Positions 1 through 9,300 of a stretch of 64,000 bases of DNA are shown here, piece by piece; the first letter of the stretch is position 1; every line of letters begins with the position of its first letter. Source of the stretch: Bacteroidales bacterium (lineage in GTDB: Bacteria > Bacteroidota > Bacteroidia > Bacteroidales > VadinHA17); NCBI GenBank assembly GCA_034005245.1, contig JAVEVC010000001.1, positions 64,852 through 128,851 of the forward strand, in the 5' to 3' direction. The translations under genes and the position numbers were made by a program. Under the pieces are notes generated by a model. The model saw only the letters and a list, made by a program, of their open reading frames with translations. It was not told where the DNA came from and did no database searches.

Positions 1-524
1 AGTTGTGTAAGTGATTCCCAGAATTCTCCCATATCAGCTATTTTTATCAAACCCTTCCTCAGATATGTAAACCTGGTTTCATGTATTATCAGTCCGGCAT
101 CAGCTTCATCATTAAGAAGGGCATCTTCAATATCTGAAAACAGATACTCGGTCTTGTTGAGTGCTGTTGGCCATGCTATGCTAAAAAGAAGGTTTGCAGT
201 TGTATATATCCCGGGAATTGCTATATGCAACTTTTCGGGATTGACCATATCAATGGGCCGTTTACTGACAAGCAGGGGGCCGCTGCCATATCCCATGGCA
301 CCACCAGAATCAAGTATAAGATAATCTTCTGCAGCATGGGCATATGCATGGCAGCTGATTTTTGATATATCCGGTTCTGCTGCAAAAACCCTCCTGTTAA
401 GTTCTTCAACATCAGCTATAAAAAAATCAAATTCAAGATCTTCAGTATTTATCCGTCCGTTAACCATCGCATCAAAGATGAATGTATCGTTCGGACATGG
501 GGAAAATCCAAGGGTGAGTTTCAT
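1..524 (-). CDS. mqnD: 1,4-dihydroxy-6-naphthoate synthase (futalosine pathway MqnD), N-terminal part only; the gene runs off the left window edge
   Basis: Absent from the ORF track because it is open to the edge. Minus-strand translation from the ATG at 524-522 reads MKLTLGFSPCPNDTFIFDAMVNGRINTEDLEFDFFIADVEELN..., a typical MqnD N-terminus. It starts 5 nt after the mqnB stop. Confidence 0.75.
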   Translation of the reverse strand, partial: MKLTLGFSPCPNDTFIFDAMVNGRINTEDLEFDFFIADVEELNRRVFAAEPDISKISCHAYAHAAEDYLILDSGGAMGYGSGPLLVSKRPIDMVNPEKLHIAIPGIYTTANLLFSIAWPTALNKTEYLFSDIEDALLNDEADAGLIIHETRFTYLRKGLIKIADMGEFWESLTQ

Positions 525-529
525 TCGTA

Positions 530-1213
530 TTAATCAATATAAGATGTCAGAAATTCAAAGAGGCTTTCTGAAAGTTTCTCAAGAGCAAGAGAGATTTTCC
601 ATGTTCCCCTGTTTCTTGGCTCTACCATGTTTGAAACTGATCTGAAAGCTATAAAAGGGATCCTTTCCTTACTGCAGACATAAAAGAAGGATGCCCCTTC
701 CATGGTCTCAATGTCAGGATCGTACTTCGACCTCAATCTGTCAATGGTTGCATCAGTGCCAGTGACGGTGCTTACAGTTATTGCGTTAACAGGCCTAAGA
801 AATCCGGCTGCTTTTTCAACGAACATGTTCTCAGCAATTATTCGTCCATTAACAAATGGGAACTGGTTGTAACTCTCAAAGCCTGCCTCTCCAAGGGTCA
901 GGAATCCTTTAGCGGTTTCAATTCCGGCATCAGAAAAAAGATCAGTTACCGGCATCACAACAACTCCCGGATAAATGTCTCTCCGGTAACTTCCTGCAAT
1001 ACCTGCATTAATTGCAAGATCAGGCCGGGGATTCGATGAGAACCATTTTGTCAACGACCATGCTGTTGCTATCCCGCCTATTCCTGTTACAATAACGGTC
1101 ACATCACATCTTCCGGCTGAAAAACCACTTTCGGTCCTTAATGTTCCATGCATGTTTCTGATAGCCTCTGCTTCAGAATCGTCAGCTACTGAAAGTAATA
1201 TCTTAAGTGGCAT
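530..1213 (-). CDS. mqnB: futalosine hydrolase (nucleoside phosphorylase/MTA-SAH nucleosidase fold)
   Basis: 227-aa ORF with PNP_UDP-like motifs (VIVTGIGGIATA, AINAGIAGSY, TMEGASFF). Lies immediately upstream of mqnD in the same orientation. Confidence 0.7.
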   Translation of the reverse strand: MPLKILLSVADDSEAEAIRNMHGTLRTESGFSAGRCDVTVIVTGIGGIATAWSLTKWFSSNPRPDLAINAGIAGSYRRDIYPGVVVMPVTDLFSDAGIETAKGFLTLGEAGFESYNQFPFVNGRIIAENMFVEKAAGFLRPVNAITVSTVTGTDATIDRLRSKYDPDIETMEGASFFYVCSKERIPFIAFRSVSNMVEPRNRGTWKISLALEKLSESLFEFLTSYID

Positions 1214-1324
1214 TTTTCAATGGTATTGTTTGCCGGAAAGTTGCTGACATAAATATATTGCTTTTAGAAATCCAAAGCTCAACATAAATAGTTAATATTG
1301 CAGATCAGTCAATAACTTGTCCGC

Positions 1325-1735
1325 ATGATACACATTACCCGTAGAGAAAGATTCAGCGCTGCTCACAGGATGTATAGAAAAGACCTTTCAGACAAGGAAA
1401 ACCTCAAAGTCTTCGGGAAATGTTCAAATCCCGGATGGCACGGTCATAATTACATTCTTTATGTCACTGTCAGGGGAGAAATCTCGGATGAGAATGGTTT
1501 CATTATGAACCTCAGCACTCTCAAGCAGATAATCAATAAAAAGATCATAAGCAAAACTGATCACAAGAACCTTAATACAGAAGTCAGTTTTATGAAGGGG
1601 AAAATATGCACAACGGAAAACCTGGCAGTAGCCATCTGGAATGAATTAAGGCCAGCAATAGAAAAAGAGGGTGCCATTCTGCACTGTGTAAGAATTGAAG
1701 AAACAGAAAATAACTCAGTTGAATATTATGGTTAA
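1325..1735 (+). CDS. queD: 6-carboxy-5,6,7,8-tetrahydropterin synthase / 6-pyruvoyl-tetrahydropterin synthase family
   Basis: 136 aa. Contains FSAAHR and the [11 protein letters not shown] zinc/catalytic motif typical of the PTPS/QueD family. Confidence 0.85.
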   Translation: MIHITRRERFSAAHRMYRKDLSDKENLKVFGKCSNPGWHGHNYILYVTVRGEISDENGFIMNLSTLKQIINKKIISKTDHKNLNTEVSFMKGKICTTENLAVAIWNELRPAIEKEGAILHCVRIEETENNSVEYYG

Positions 1736-2375
1736 GAAGATTGAAACTATAAACAATGGCAGCCGTTTAAATTCGAACGGATACAACAAGATAGAATCGT
1801 GGGATGCTGAAAGCACAAGTGAGTTATCGTCCATATATTACAGGGTGCTCAAGCTTCTTGGAGAGGATCCCGATCGGGAAGGATTAAAAAACACTCCGGA
1901 ACGGGTTGCCAAGGCAATGCAATTCATGACAATGGGGTATTCCCAAAATCCGTGTGATATAATCAACTCGGCTAAATTCCGGGAGGAATACAGGCAAATG
2001 GTCATTGTAAAAGACATCGACCTGTATTCCATGTGCGAACATCACATGCTTCCTTTTTTCGGCAAGGCTCATGTGGCATATATACCCAACGGTTACATTA
2101 CGGGCCTTAGTAAGATCGCAAGAGTTGTTGAAGCATTCAGCAGGAGGCTGCAGGTTCAGGAGAGGCTTACAACACAGATCAGGAACTGCCTCCAGGATTG
2201 CCTGAATCCTCTTGGTGTTGCAGTAGTAATCGAAGCACAACATATGTGCATGCAGATCAGGGGAGTCCAGAAACAGAACTCTGTTACAACCACATCGGCA
2301 TTTACAGGTATTTTTCTGGATCATCTGCACACCCGCGAAGAATTTGTTCACCTGATAGGTTCTAAACTTCATTGA
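1728..2375 (+). CDS. folE: GTP cyclohydrolase I
   Basis: Motifs [17 protein letters not shown] and HMCMxxRGV are present. The ORF-track start at 1695 is a TTG inside queD. The ATG at 1728 gives the classic ATGGTTAA overlap with the queD stop. Confidence 0.9.
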   Translation: MVKKIETINNGSRLNSNGYNKIESWDAESTSELSSIYYRVLKLLGEDPDREGLKNTPERVAKAMQFMTMGYSQNPCDIINSAKFREEYRQMVIVKDIDLYSMCEHHMLPFFGKAHVAYIPNGYITGLSKIARVVEAFSRRLQVQERLTTQIRNCLQDCLNPLGVAVVIEAQHMCMQIRGVQKQNSVTTTSAFTGIFLDHLHTREEFVHLIGSKLH

Positions 2376-2381
2376 TCATCA

Positions 2382-2409
2382 ACCTGCTCTTGCAGGTCAC
2401 CGTTTGTTC
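2382..2409 (+). terminator. possible intrinsic terminator after folE
   Basis: Hairpin ACCTGC-TCTT-GCAGGT at 2382-2397, followed by CACCGTTTGTTC. The stem is short and the T-tract is interrupted. Confidence 0.3.
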
Positions 2410-2484
2410 AAATGCATCTTACCGCCAGCATATTAATTGCTCTGGGCAGAATTGATTGAACGACGGATAACTAAATAATAAATT

Positions 2485-3366
2485 ATGAAAGCATACGTGT
2501 TTCCGGGCCAGGGAGCCCAGTATCGGGGCATAGGTCTCGATCTTTACGAAAAATCATCCCTTGCAAGGGAAATGTTCGAAACGGCCAATATTTTACTCGG
2601 CTTCCCGATTACCGAAATAATGTTCACTGGCAGTGATGAAGAACTAAGACAGACGAAAGTTACCCAGCCTTCTATTTATCTGCATTCCGTCATTCTTGCT
2701 ACTGTGCTGGGCAAAAGGTTCAAACCGGAAATGACTGCCGGTCATTCACTTGGAGAATTCTCTGCCCTGGTGGCCAGCAGGGCTCTGTCATTCGAGAACG
2801 GACTGCTGCTCGTTTCAAGAAGAGCCTTGGCAATGCAGAAAGCATGCGAAACAAATCCTTCAACAATGGCCGCAATAATAGGTCTCGACGATAATACTGT
2901 TGTGCAGGTTTGTTCTTCAATTAAAGATACTGTGGTACCGGCTAACTACAACAGCCCAGAACAAATTGTCATTTCAGGATCGAATGAAGGAATTGAAAAA
3001 GCAATTATCCTCCTGAAAGAAAAGGGAGCCCGAAGAGCCATAAAACTGCAGGTAGGAGGAGCTTTTCATTCACCACTGATGGAGCCAGCAAGGGCAGAAC
3101 TTGAAAATGCGATAATGGAATCTGACTTCCACAAGCCACTATGCCCTGTTTACCAGAATGTAACCGCGATGCCTTCAACGGATCCTGCTGTAATAAGGCA
3201 GAACCTTATAGCACAATTGACTTCACCGGTAAAATGGACCCAGACCATCAGCAATATGATCCGTGACGGTGCAACATCTTTCACTGAGGTCGGACCAGGG
3301 AATGTCCTGCAGGGATTGATCAAAAAAATAAGCAATGATGCAGTAATTGAAAGCGCTGTTATCTGA
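2485..3366 (+). CDS. fabD: malonyl-CoA:ACP transacylase
   Basis: 293 aa. Contains FPGQGAQ, the GHSLGE active-site serine motif and GAFHS. Confidence 0.9.
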   Translation: MKAYVFPGQGAQYRGIGLDLYEKSSLAREMFETANILLGFPITEIMFTGSDEELRQTKVTQPSIYLHSVILATVLGKRFKPEMTAGHSLGEFSALVASRALSFENGLLLVSRRALAMQKACETNPSTMAAIIGLDDNTVVQVCSSIKDTVVPANYNSPEQIVISGSNEGIEKAIILLKEKGARRAIKLQVGGAFHSPLMEPARAELENAIMESDFHKPLCPVYQNVTAMPSTDPAVIRQNLIAQLTSPVKWTQTISNMIRDGATSFTEVGPGNVLQGLIKKISNDAVIESAVI

Positions 3367-3389
3367 TCGGATTAATAACAGTCGGGCAT

Positions 3390-6362
3390 TCACTTATTCT
3401 TCATAATAACTCCCCTGTGATTTTTGCCGTCAATCATTACCTCAAGGGGAGAATCAAACCTGACGTGCCTCAGAAAGCTGTTTTCATATATAACCTTTTG
3501 TTTATCAAGATAATCAACATCATAATAACCTTCATTGATATAAGGGTTGATGGTGAAATAGCCCACACGGAAAGAGGTAAGATTCTGGAAAAAATGAGTT
3601 CCCTGGCTGGGATCTATTCTATAGTTCTTAAGTCCCGATTCAACAATCACTCTGGCAGCTGAAATCTGAGGCCACCTGACAGGTATGCCCAGCCACGAAT
3701 CAGCAGAACCCCACCGCCCCGGGCCAATCAGGATATAATTTGTACCTTCCCTGACAAAGCGAGCGTTAATTTTTTCAATTTCAACAGCAATTTCTTTATT
3801 GTCGGCCGGATTAAATGAATCAGGTTTTATGTAAACAAGGTCATAAATACCCTTGATGACGCCATTTCCCAGAGCTGAATCGGCATATATGATTGTATCA
3901 TCAGTAATGATGGAATCGAGATTTATATCACAAATTTCGTCACTATGAACGATTGGCCTGATTTGGAGGAAATTGAATACTTTTGGCGTCCCTGGAGGGG
4001 TTTCAAGATTTGCCGCGAATTCTATCTCAATAGGATTATTCATTTCCTTTTGTCCGAGATCAAGCAGATTATCAAGAATGTCAGACAACGGGAATAACTT
4101 GTGTTGAAGAATATTGGAGAAAGTGATCAGGCGTTTGCCCGGGTAGTTTGTTCCATTACGCAGAATGTTGTTGTTATAATCATAGGTTGATGCAACATAC
4201 CTTAAGGCGCCTTCATTATTGATATCGTTAATCCCTATCCTTAGAATATTTACACCATCATCTGTTGACGGTCTGAAGCTGTCAGTCCTGAGATCAAGAG
4301 CACAGAACTCCTTCTGTGTGTCCCTGAGTGCAGTTTCGGGAGAAGAAAGCTGGAGTATTTTCCGGGAATGTCTGGGTGAGAACCTGAGAGAAATGCCTCC
4401 TTCAACTATAAGCTTGCCAAGACCAAAAGCTATATTGGCAATTCCGTCTTCAGCCTTCTCCGATCCTATGGGGTAATAGTTTATAGAACGTGCAACGCCT
4501 GAGAGAGTCGGGTAATATATTTCACCATGCCTGTTTCCACATACCTCCTGAAGAATAATACCCATCTTCTCCTCATCTATTAGATTGGCAGTAGCTGTCA
4601 TGTAAGCCTTACTGGCCTTGTAATATACTGAAGCGTAAACCTCCTTTATTGCGTCTGACAGCATTTTCACCATAGATTTGTTATCAGGATGCCTGGGTAT
4701 CATATAGGTTGAATAGATCCCTGCAAAAGGTTGATAATGCGAGTCTTCAAGCTTACTTGAAGACCTTACTGCTATTGGTTGGTTTCTAGATATCGACAGA
4801 AACGCGTAGAAATCCTGGTATACCCTTCCCGGCAACTCTGAATTTATGAACCTGGCCAGTATCTCATCATCCGACACGTCAGACAATGCAAAGGAATAGA
4901 GGTTATTATGATCCATGAACTCATCAAAGATGTCAGTACCCAACACGACTGTTCTGGGTATTGTGATCAGCACATCAGGGTATTTGTTAAAGAGCTTATG
5001 GGTTTTAATTAACCTGTTTATGAATGCCAGCCCCCTGGCTTTTCCTCCGATGGAACTTTCTCCTATACGACTGAATATCTGATATTCATCATAGCTCGAT
5101 TTATCAAATTTGGCTATGATCCCTCTCCCCTTTCCAAGCCTGAAGCTCGATATCGCCACATAGAGAAACCTCCGCAGCTCATCCATTGTCTCGAAGTCTT
5201 CATTTCGTATGTACTTGAACATCTGGGCTACAGGGAACAGTGCCCTGGCATTAAGCCACTTTGAGAAATGGTTACGCTTGGCATGAAATTCCAACGACTT
5301 ATCCGGAATAATGAGTATCTTCTGCTGAAGGCTGTGCAGATCAGTTGCTATGGCAATAGGTTCATTTGTATCAGGATTTTTAAAAATAAAAGGTCCGAAT
5401 GCCAGATTCTGAATAATAAAATTTCTCAGTTCAAGGGACAAAGACTTTGAATTCTTGTTTAAAAATCCTGCACCCATCGCTTCTGCTATCTCCTTATGTT
5501 TCGAACTGGACGACTGTAACAGGAAAGGGACCTTGTCATCGTCTGCCATCACCACCTTGCACAATTCAATCCCTGCGTTTTCGTCAACCATATTATCTCT
5601 TTTATAACTGATGTCGGAGATAATGCCCAGTACATTGTATTTGTATTTCCTGTAAAGCTCGAGAGCATCATTATAGTTCGTGGCCAGCAGGATTTTGGGC
5701 CGTCCTCTCATCTTAAGCATGCGTTGGTGTTCATTTAGTGCCTCGCGTTGGAAATCAACAGACTGTTGCAGTACAATTCTGTAAAGATTCGGAAGATAGC
5801 TCGAAATAAACCGAATGGAATTCTCAACAAGTATAATTGCCTGAACACCTATATTTTCAATATCAAAATCAGCATTCATTTTATCCTCTATAAGCTTTAT
5901 GATTGCAAGGATAAGCGATGCGTCGCCGAGCCAGCAAAAAACGTAATCAATGGCACTCAGGTCCTCCCTCTCAAGCCTGAGCGATAGTTCCCTGGAAAAA
6001 TATGTCAGAACGACAATAGGTATCTTCTCGTATTTTGATTTTATCTGTTTTGCCAGGGCAAACACATCGGTTCCCCTTAAGCTGAGCATAGAAATGACCA
6101 GGTCGATCTTTCCTTCCTCAAGAATACGAAATGCATCCTCAGCATTATCAGTCTGAACAAATCCGGGAGGATATTTCAGATTGAGGGAAACATATTCATT
6201 AAAGATCTGCTCATCGATCCTTCCATCCTCCTCCAGCATATAATTATCATAATTACTGCATATGAGAAGAACCCTGTGGATTCTTTTCTGCATGAGCAGA
6301 TTGAAAGGAGTGTCGGTAAAATCATATTTCTGAAGATCATATAAGCCTTCAATGATCGCCAT
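3390..6362 (-). CDS. receiver-domain-fused PEP/pyruvate-binding (PPDK_N ATP-grasp) dikinase-like protein, paralogue A
   Basis: 990 aa. Has an N-terminal receiver-like domain with Met at the acceptor position (DLVISM) and a second receiver-like domain (GIISDISY ... FLNKNS). ATP-grasp motifs follow: GGKARGLAF, AVRSSSKLEDS..FAGIYST, IEIEFA, FLQIRPI. The C-terminus carries LIGPGRWGS and SQGTHFFQN. Confidence 0.75.
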   Translation of the reverse strand: MAIIEGLYDLQKYDFTDTPFNLLMQKRIHRVLLICSNYDNYMLEEDGRIDEQIFNEYVSLNLKYPPGFVQTDNAEDAFRILEEGKIDLVISMLSLRGTDVFALAKQIKSKYEKIPIVVLTYFSRELSLRLEREDLSAIDYVFCWLGDASLILAIIKLIEDKMNADFDIENIGVQAIILVENSIRFISSYLPNLYRIVLQQSVDFQREALNEHQRMLKMRGRPKILLATNYNDALELYRKYKYNVLGIISDISYKRDNMVDENAGIELCKVVMADDDKVPFLLQSSSSKHKEIAEAMGAGFLNKNSKSLSLELRNFIIQNLAFGPFIFKNPDTNEPIAIATDLHSLQQKILIIPDKSLEFHAKRNHFSKWLNARALFPVAQMFKYIRNEDFETMDELRRFLYVAISSFRLGKGRGIIAKFDKSSYDEYQIFSRIGESSIGGKARGLAFINRLIKTHKLFNKYPDVLITIPRTVVLGTDIFDEFMDHNNLYSFALSDVSDDEILARFINSELPGRVYQDFYAFLSISRNQPIAVRSSSKLEDSHYQPFAGIYSTYMIPRHPDNKSMVKMLSDAIKEVYASVYYKASKAYMTATANLIDEEKMGIILQEVCGNRHGEIYYPTLSGVARSINYYPIGSEKAEDGIANIAFGLGKLIVEGGISLRFSPRHSRKILQLSSPETALRDTQKEFCALDLRTDSFRPSTDDGVNILRIGINDINNEGALRYVASTYDYNNNILRNGTNYPGKRLITFSNILQHKLFPLSDILDNLLDLGQKEMNNPIEIEFAANLETPPGTPKVFNFLQIRPIVHSDEICDINLDSIITDDTIIYADSALGNGVIKGIYDLVYIKPDSFNPADNKEIAVEIEKINARFVREGTNYILIGPGRWGSADSWLGIPVRWPQISAARVIVESGLKNYRIDPSQGTHFFQNLTSFRVGYFTINPYINEGYYDVDYLDKQKVIYENSFLRHVRFDSPLEVMIDGKNHRGVIMKNK

Positions 6363-6373
6363 TTTTCAAGCTT

Positions 6374-9300
6374 TTAGTTATCCATTGAAATTACAGCCAT
6401 GCCTTTTTTCCCATCCATCCTGATGAGGAGAGGTTTTGAAAACCTTACGTGCGTAAAAAACTGCCCTTTGGTCACTACTGCCTGGTTACTTATTTTCTCC
6501 CATAACAATACATCTTCATGAAGCTCCTGGTTAACCGACAGGTAACCTACATTCATTGTTGTCACGTTATGGAAGAAATGGGACCCCAGCGATGCATCAG
6601 TATGAAAATCAGGATGCGAGACTTCAACAATTACTTTTGCATTAGAGATCTGGGGCCAGACGACAGGAATACCTATGAATTTATCTCTTGAACCCCACCT
6701 GCCGGGTCCTATTAATACATACTTCCGGGCTTCCTTTATCATTTTTTCATTCATCCCGGCTATCTCAAGAGCCATCCTGCCAGTCGACATATTATCAAAG
6801 TCAGCCGGCTTAATATAAATCACGTCGCTGATATTATCAATCAAGCCGTTTCCCATGCTTTTTTTTGTCAGAAGAATAAGGTCATCCTTGTCAATTGTCT
6901 CAGGTTCAATATTATAACCTGCCACGGTTCCTGTCAGAGGTTTTATTTGAAGAAGATAAAATGAGGCATTACCTTTTTCGTCCTTCATCAGATCAACTGC
7001 AAACTCTATCTCAACTGCAGTACCGCAAGCTTCTTTCACAACATTGAGTACTGTTTTCAGGCTTGAGGCAAGCGGAACATAATTGTATTTCAGTATATCG
7101 GCAAAATTAATAATGCGGGGGCCGGGAGAATCGAGGCCAGCTGTAAGGGCATCATTATCGGGATTCAGCACTGATGCGGAGTGATTTATTGTACCGTGCC
7201 TTTCAGCTTCTGCGATGTCAAGCATGACAAGGCCGGCATTTTCGCCTTCCATAAGGTCTGGATTCATTTTTGTCAGATCAACAGCATAAAAGCTAACCTG
7301 AGAGTTTCTTGAAAGGTCTTTCAGTGACATCATATCCACCGCCGGATATGCAGGAGAGAACCTGAAAGCCCGGTCTCCTTCCATAACATACTGCCCAAGA
7401 CCAACAGCTACAACTGCAATACCTTCATCGGGGGTCATATGGGCAACCGGATAGAAATTAAAGGATTGAGCAACACCGCTTATATGCGGATAAAATGTCC
7501 CGTTAAACCTGTTTCCGACAACTTCCTGGATCACCACTGCCATTTTTTCCTGTTCTATCTTAAAGGATATTGCTTCAAAGTGGGTTTTTGCCTCTCTTGA
7601 GTATATCGATGCAAATACAAGCTTTATTGCATTGGTGAGTTGCTTTAGCCTGACTTCATTCTCAGGATGAGTATTAGGAAGAATATACGTGCCGAATAAT
7701 CCTGCAAACGACTGGTTCATAGAGTCTTCATACAAGCTTGAAGATCGGACAGCCAAAGGCTTGGAAATATGCCTTATAAAAATTCTGAGTCGTTTCTCCA
7801 AAGTATAGCTAAGATCTCCGGCAAGAAACAATTCCTTTACTGACTGGTAATCCTTTTCCTCCTTGACCTTTTCCCACAGGTGGTTGCGCTCCATGAACAT
7901 ATCGAACTCGTCGGTACCAATTATTGCAGTTATAGGTGCTTTTATGCTGATCCCGGGAGTCAGGCGGCCCAGTTCAAAACTGTAAATCAATGTATTAATA
8001 AATGCAAGTCCCCGGCCTTTACCTCCCAGCGATCCCGGGGTAAGGCTCACTACATTTGATTCATCTATAACTGCTGACTCCTCGAAATTGATGATCCGCC
8101 CCTTATTCATTTCCTGCCTGCGCTTCCGGATAATATTAATAAGATATTCACGCATCTCCTTCAGATCATAGAAATCGGTGACTTTGAGCGGATTTATCGT
8201 CCTTGCTATCTTAACCTCCCCTCTTGCCATAAGCCAGCGTGAAAAGTGATTTTTGGTAGCATGATAAGCCAGTGAATCTTCGGGCACTGTTTCGAGATAT
8301 GATTCAAATTCCTTCATCGATCTGGCTACCGCAATTTGCCTCCCCTCATTATCCCTGTAAACAAAATGACCAAATCCCAGGTAATAATTTATGAATGATT
8401 TAAGGTCCTGCAAAAGGGTTTCAGAATTCTTGTTTATAAAATCAGACTTAAGCTTGAAGGCATATTTCCGGTTTTCTGAATCAGATGACTGGAGAACGGT
8501 AGGCAGATTTGGCAGCCTGGTCTTTATGTGCTTTATAAGCTCATATCCTGCCTCATCATGAAGAATCCCATTCCTTGGGAAACGCATGTCGGAAATGACA
8601 CACAATAGGTTATTCTGGTATTTGTCGAAAATATTCACTGCGTGCTCCCAGTCTGAAGCAAGAAGCACTTTTGGCCTTGCTCTGAGCTTGAGAACCTTAT
8701 ACAGCTGATCAGTTGAAACATCCTCAATAAGGCTTTTTGTCTGTTCCATGACCAGTTTATAAAGCATTGGCAGATAGCTTGAGTAATAATCCGCAGAATC
8801 CTCAACGAGAAGAATAACTCCTGTAAGGCCCTTTTTTGTGTCATTATCTACATTAACCTTGTCCTCAAGAAGGGAAACCATTGCAAAAAACACCTTGGAT
8901 TCTCCAGTCCATACGAAATAATTGTCAAACGGCACCCCCAAAGCTTTCTGCTTCTCCACAAATGCCATGTCAGACGGATTATTAATAAGGAGATAAGCAG
9001 GCATATATGGATACTTATCCTTTATTTTCCTGCACATTAACACAGGGCTGTTCTTATCAACGCCGACCATTATTATTACAAGGTCATAATGCCTTTCCCC
9101 CAATCGGTTAAATACCTCCTCCTCACCTGATACTCCTGTCACCCTTGGGATTGAGGAGATGCTTAGATGATAATATTCTCCAAGTATATGATCGGCGAAC
9201 CTGCCTTCGCCTTCTATGGAATATGCGTCAAAAAGGTTGGCAACCAGCAGTATTTCCTTTACCTTGAACGGCTGAAGGTCGTGAAACACGTCACGTTCAG

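Noticed and set aside
221-412. 63-aa minus-strand ORF at the left edge
   Set aside because: It is out of frame within the mqnD coding region. The mqnD frame gives a recognisable N-terminus starting at 524.
1214-1324. Possible preQ1 or THF riboswitch upstream of queD-folE
   Set aside because: The 110-bp AT-rich divergent spacer shows no conserved riboswitch core sequence or stable aptamer-like helices. It is probably just two promoters.
1695-1727. TTG-initiated extension of folE into queD
   Set aside because: The ATG at 1728 gives a normal FolE N-terminus and a typical 8-nt overlap with the queD stop.
1884-2372. 162-aa minus-strand ORF antisense to folE
   Set aside because: It is a Cys-rich shadow frame opposite a highly conserved gene.
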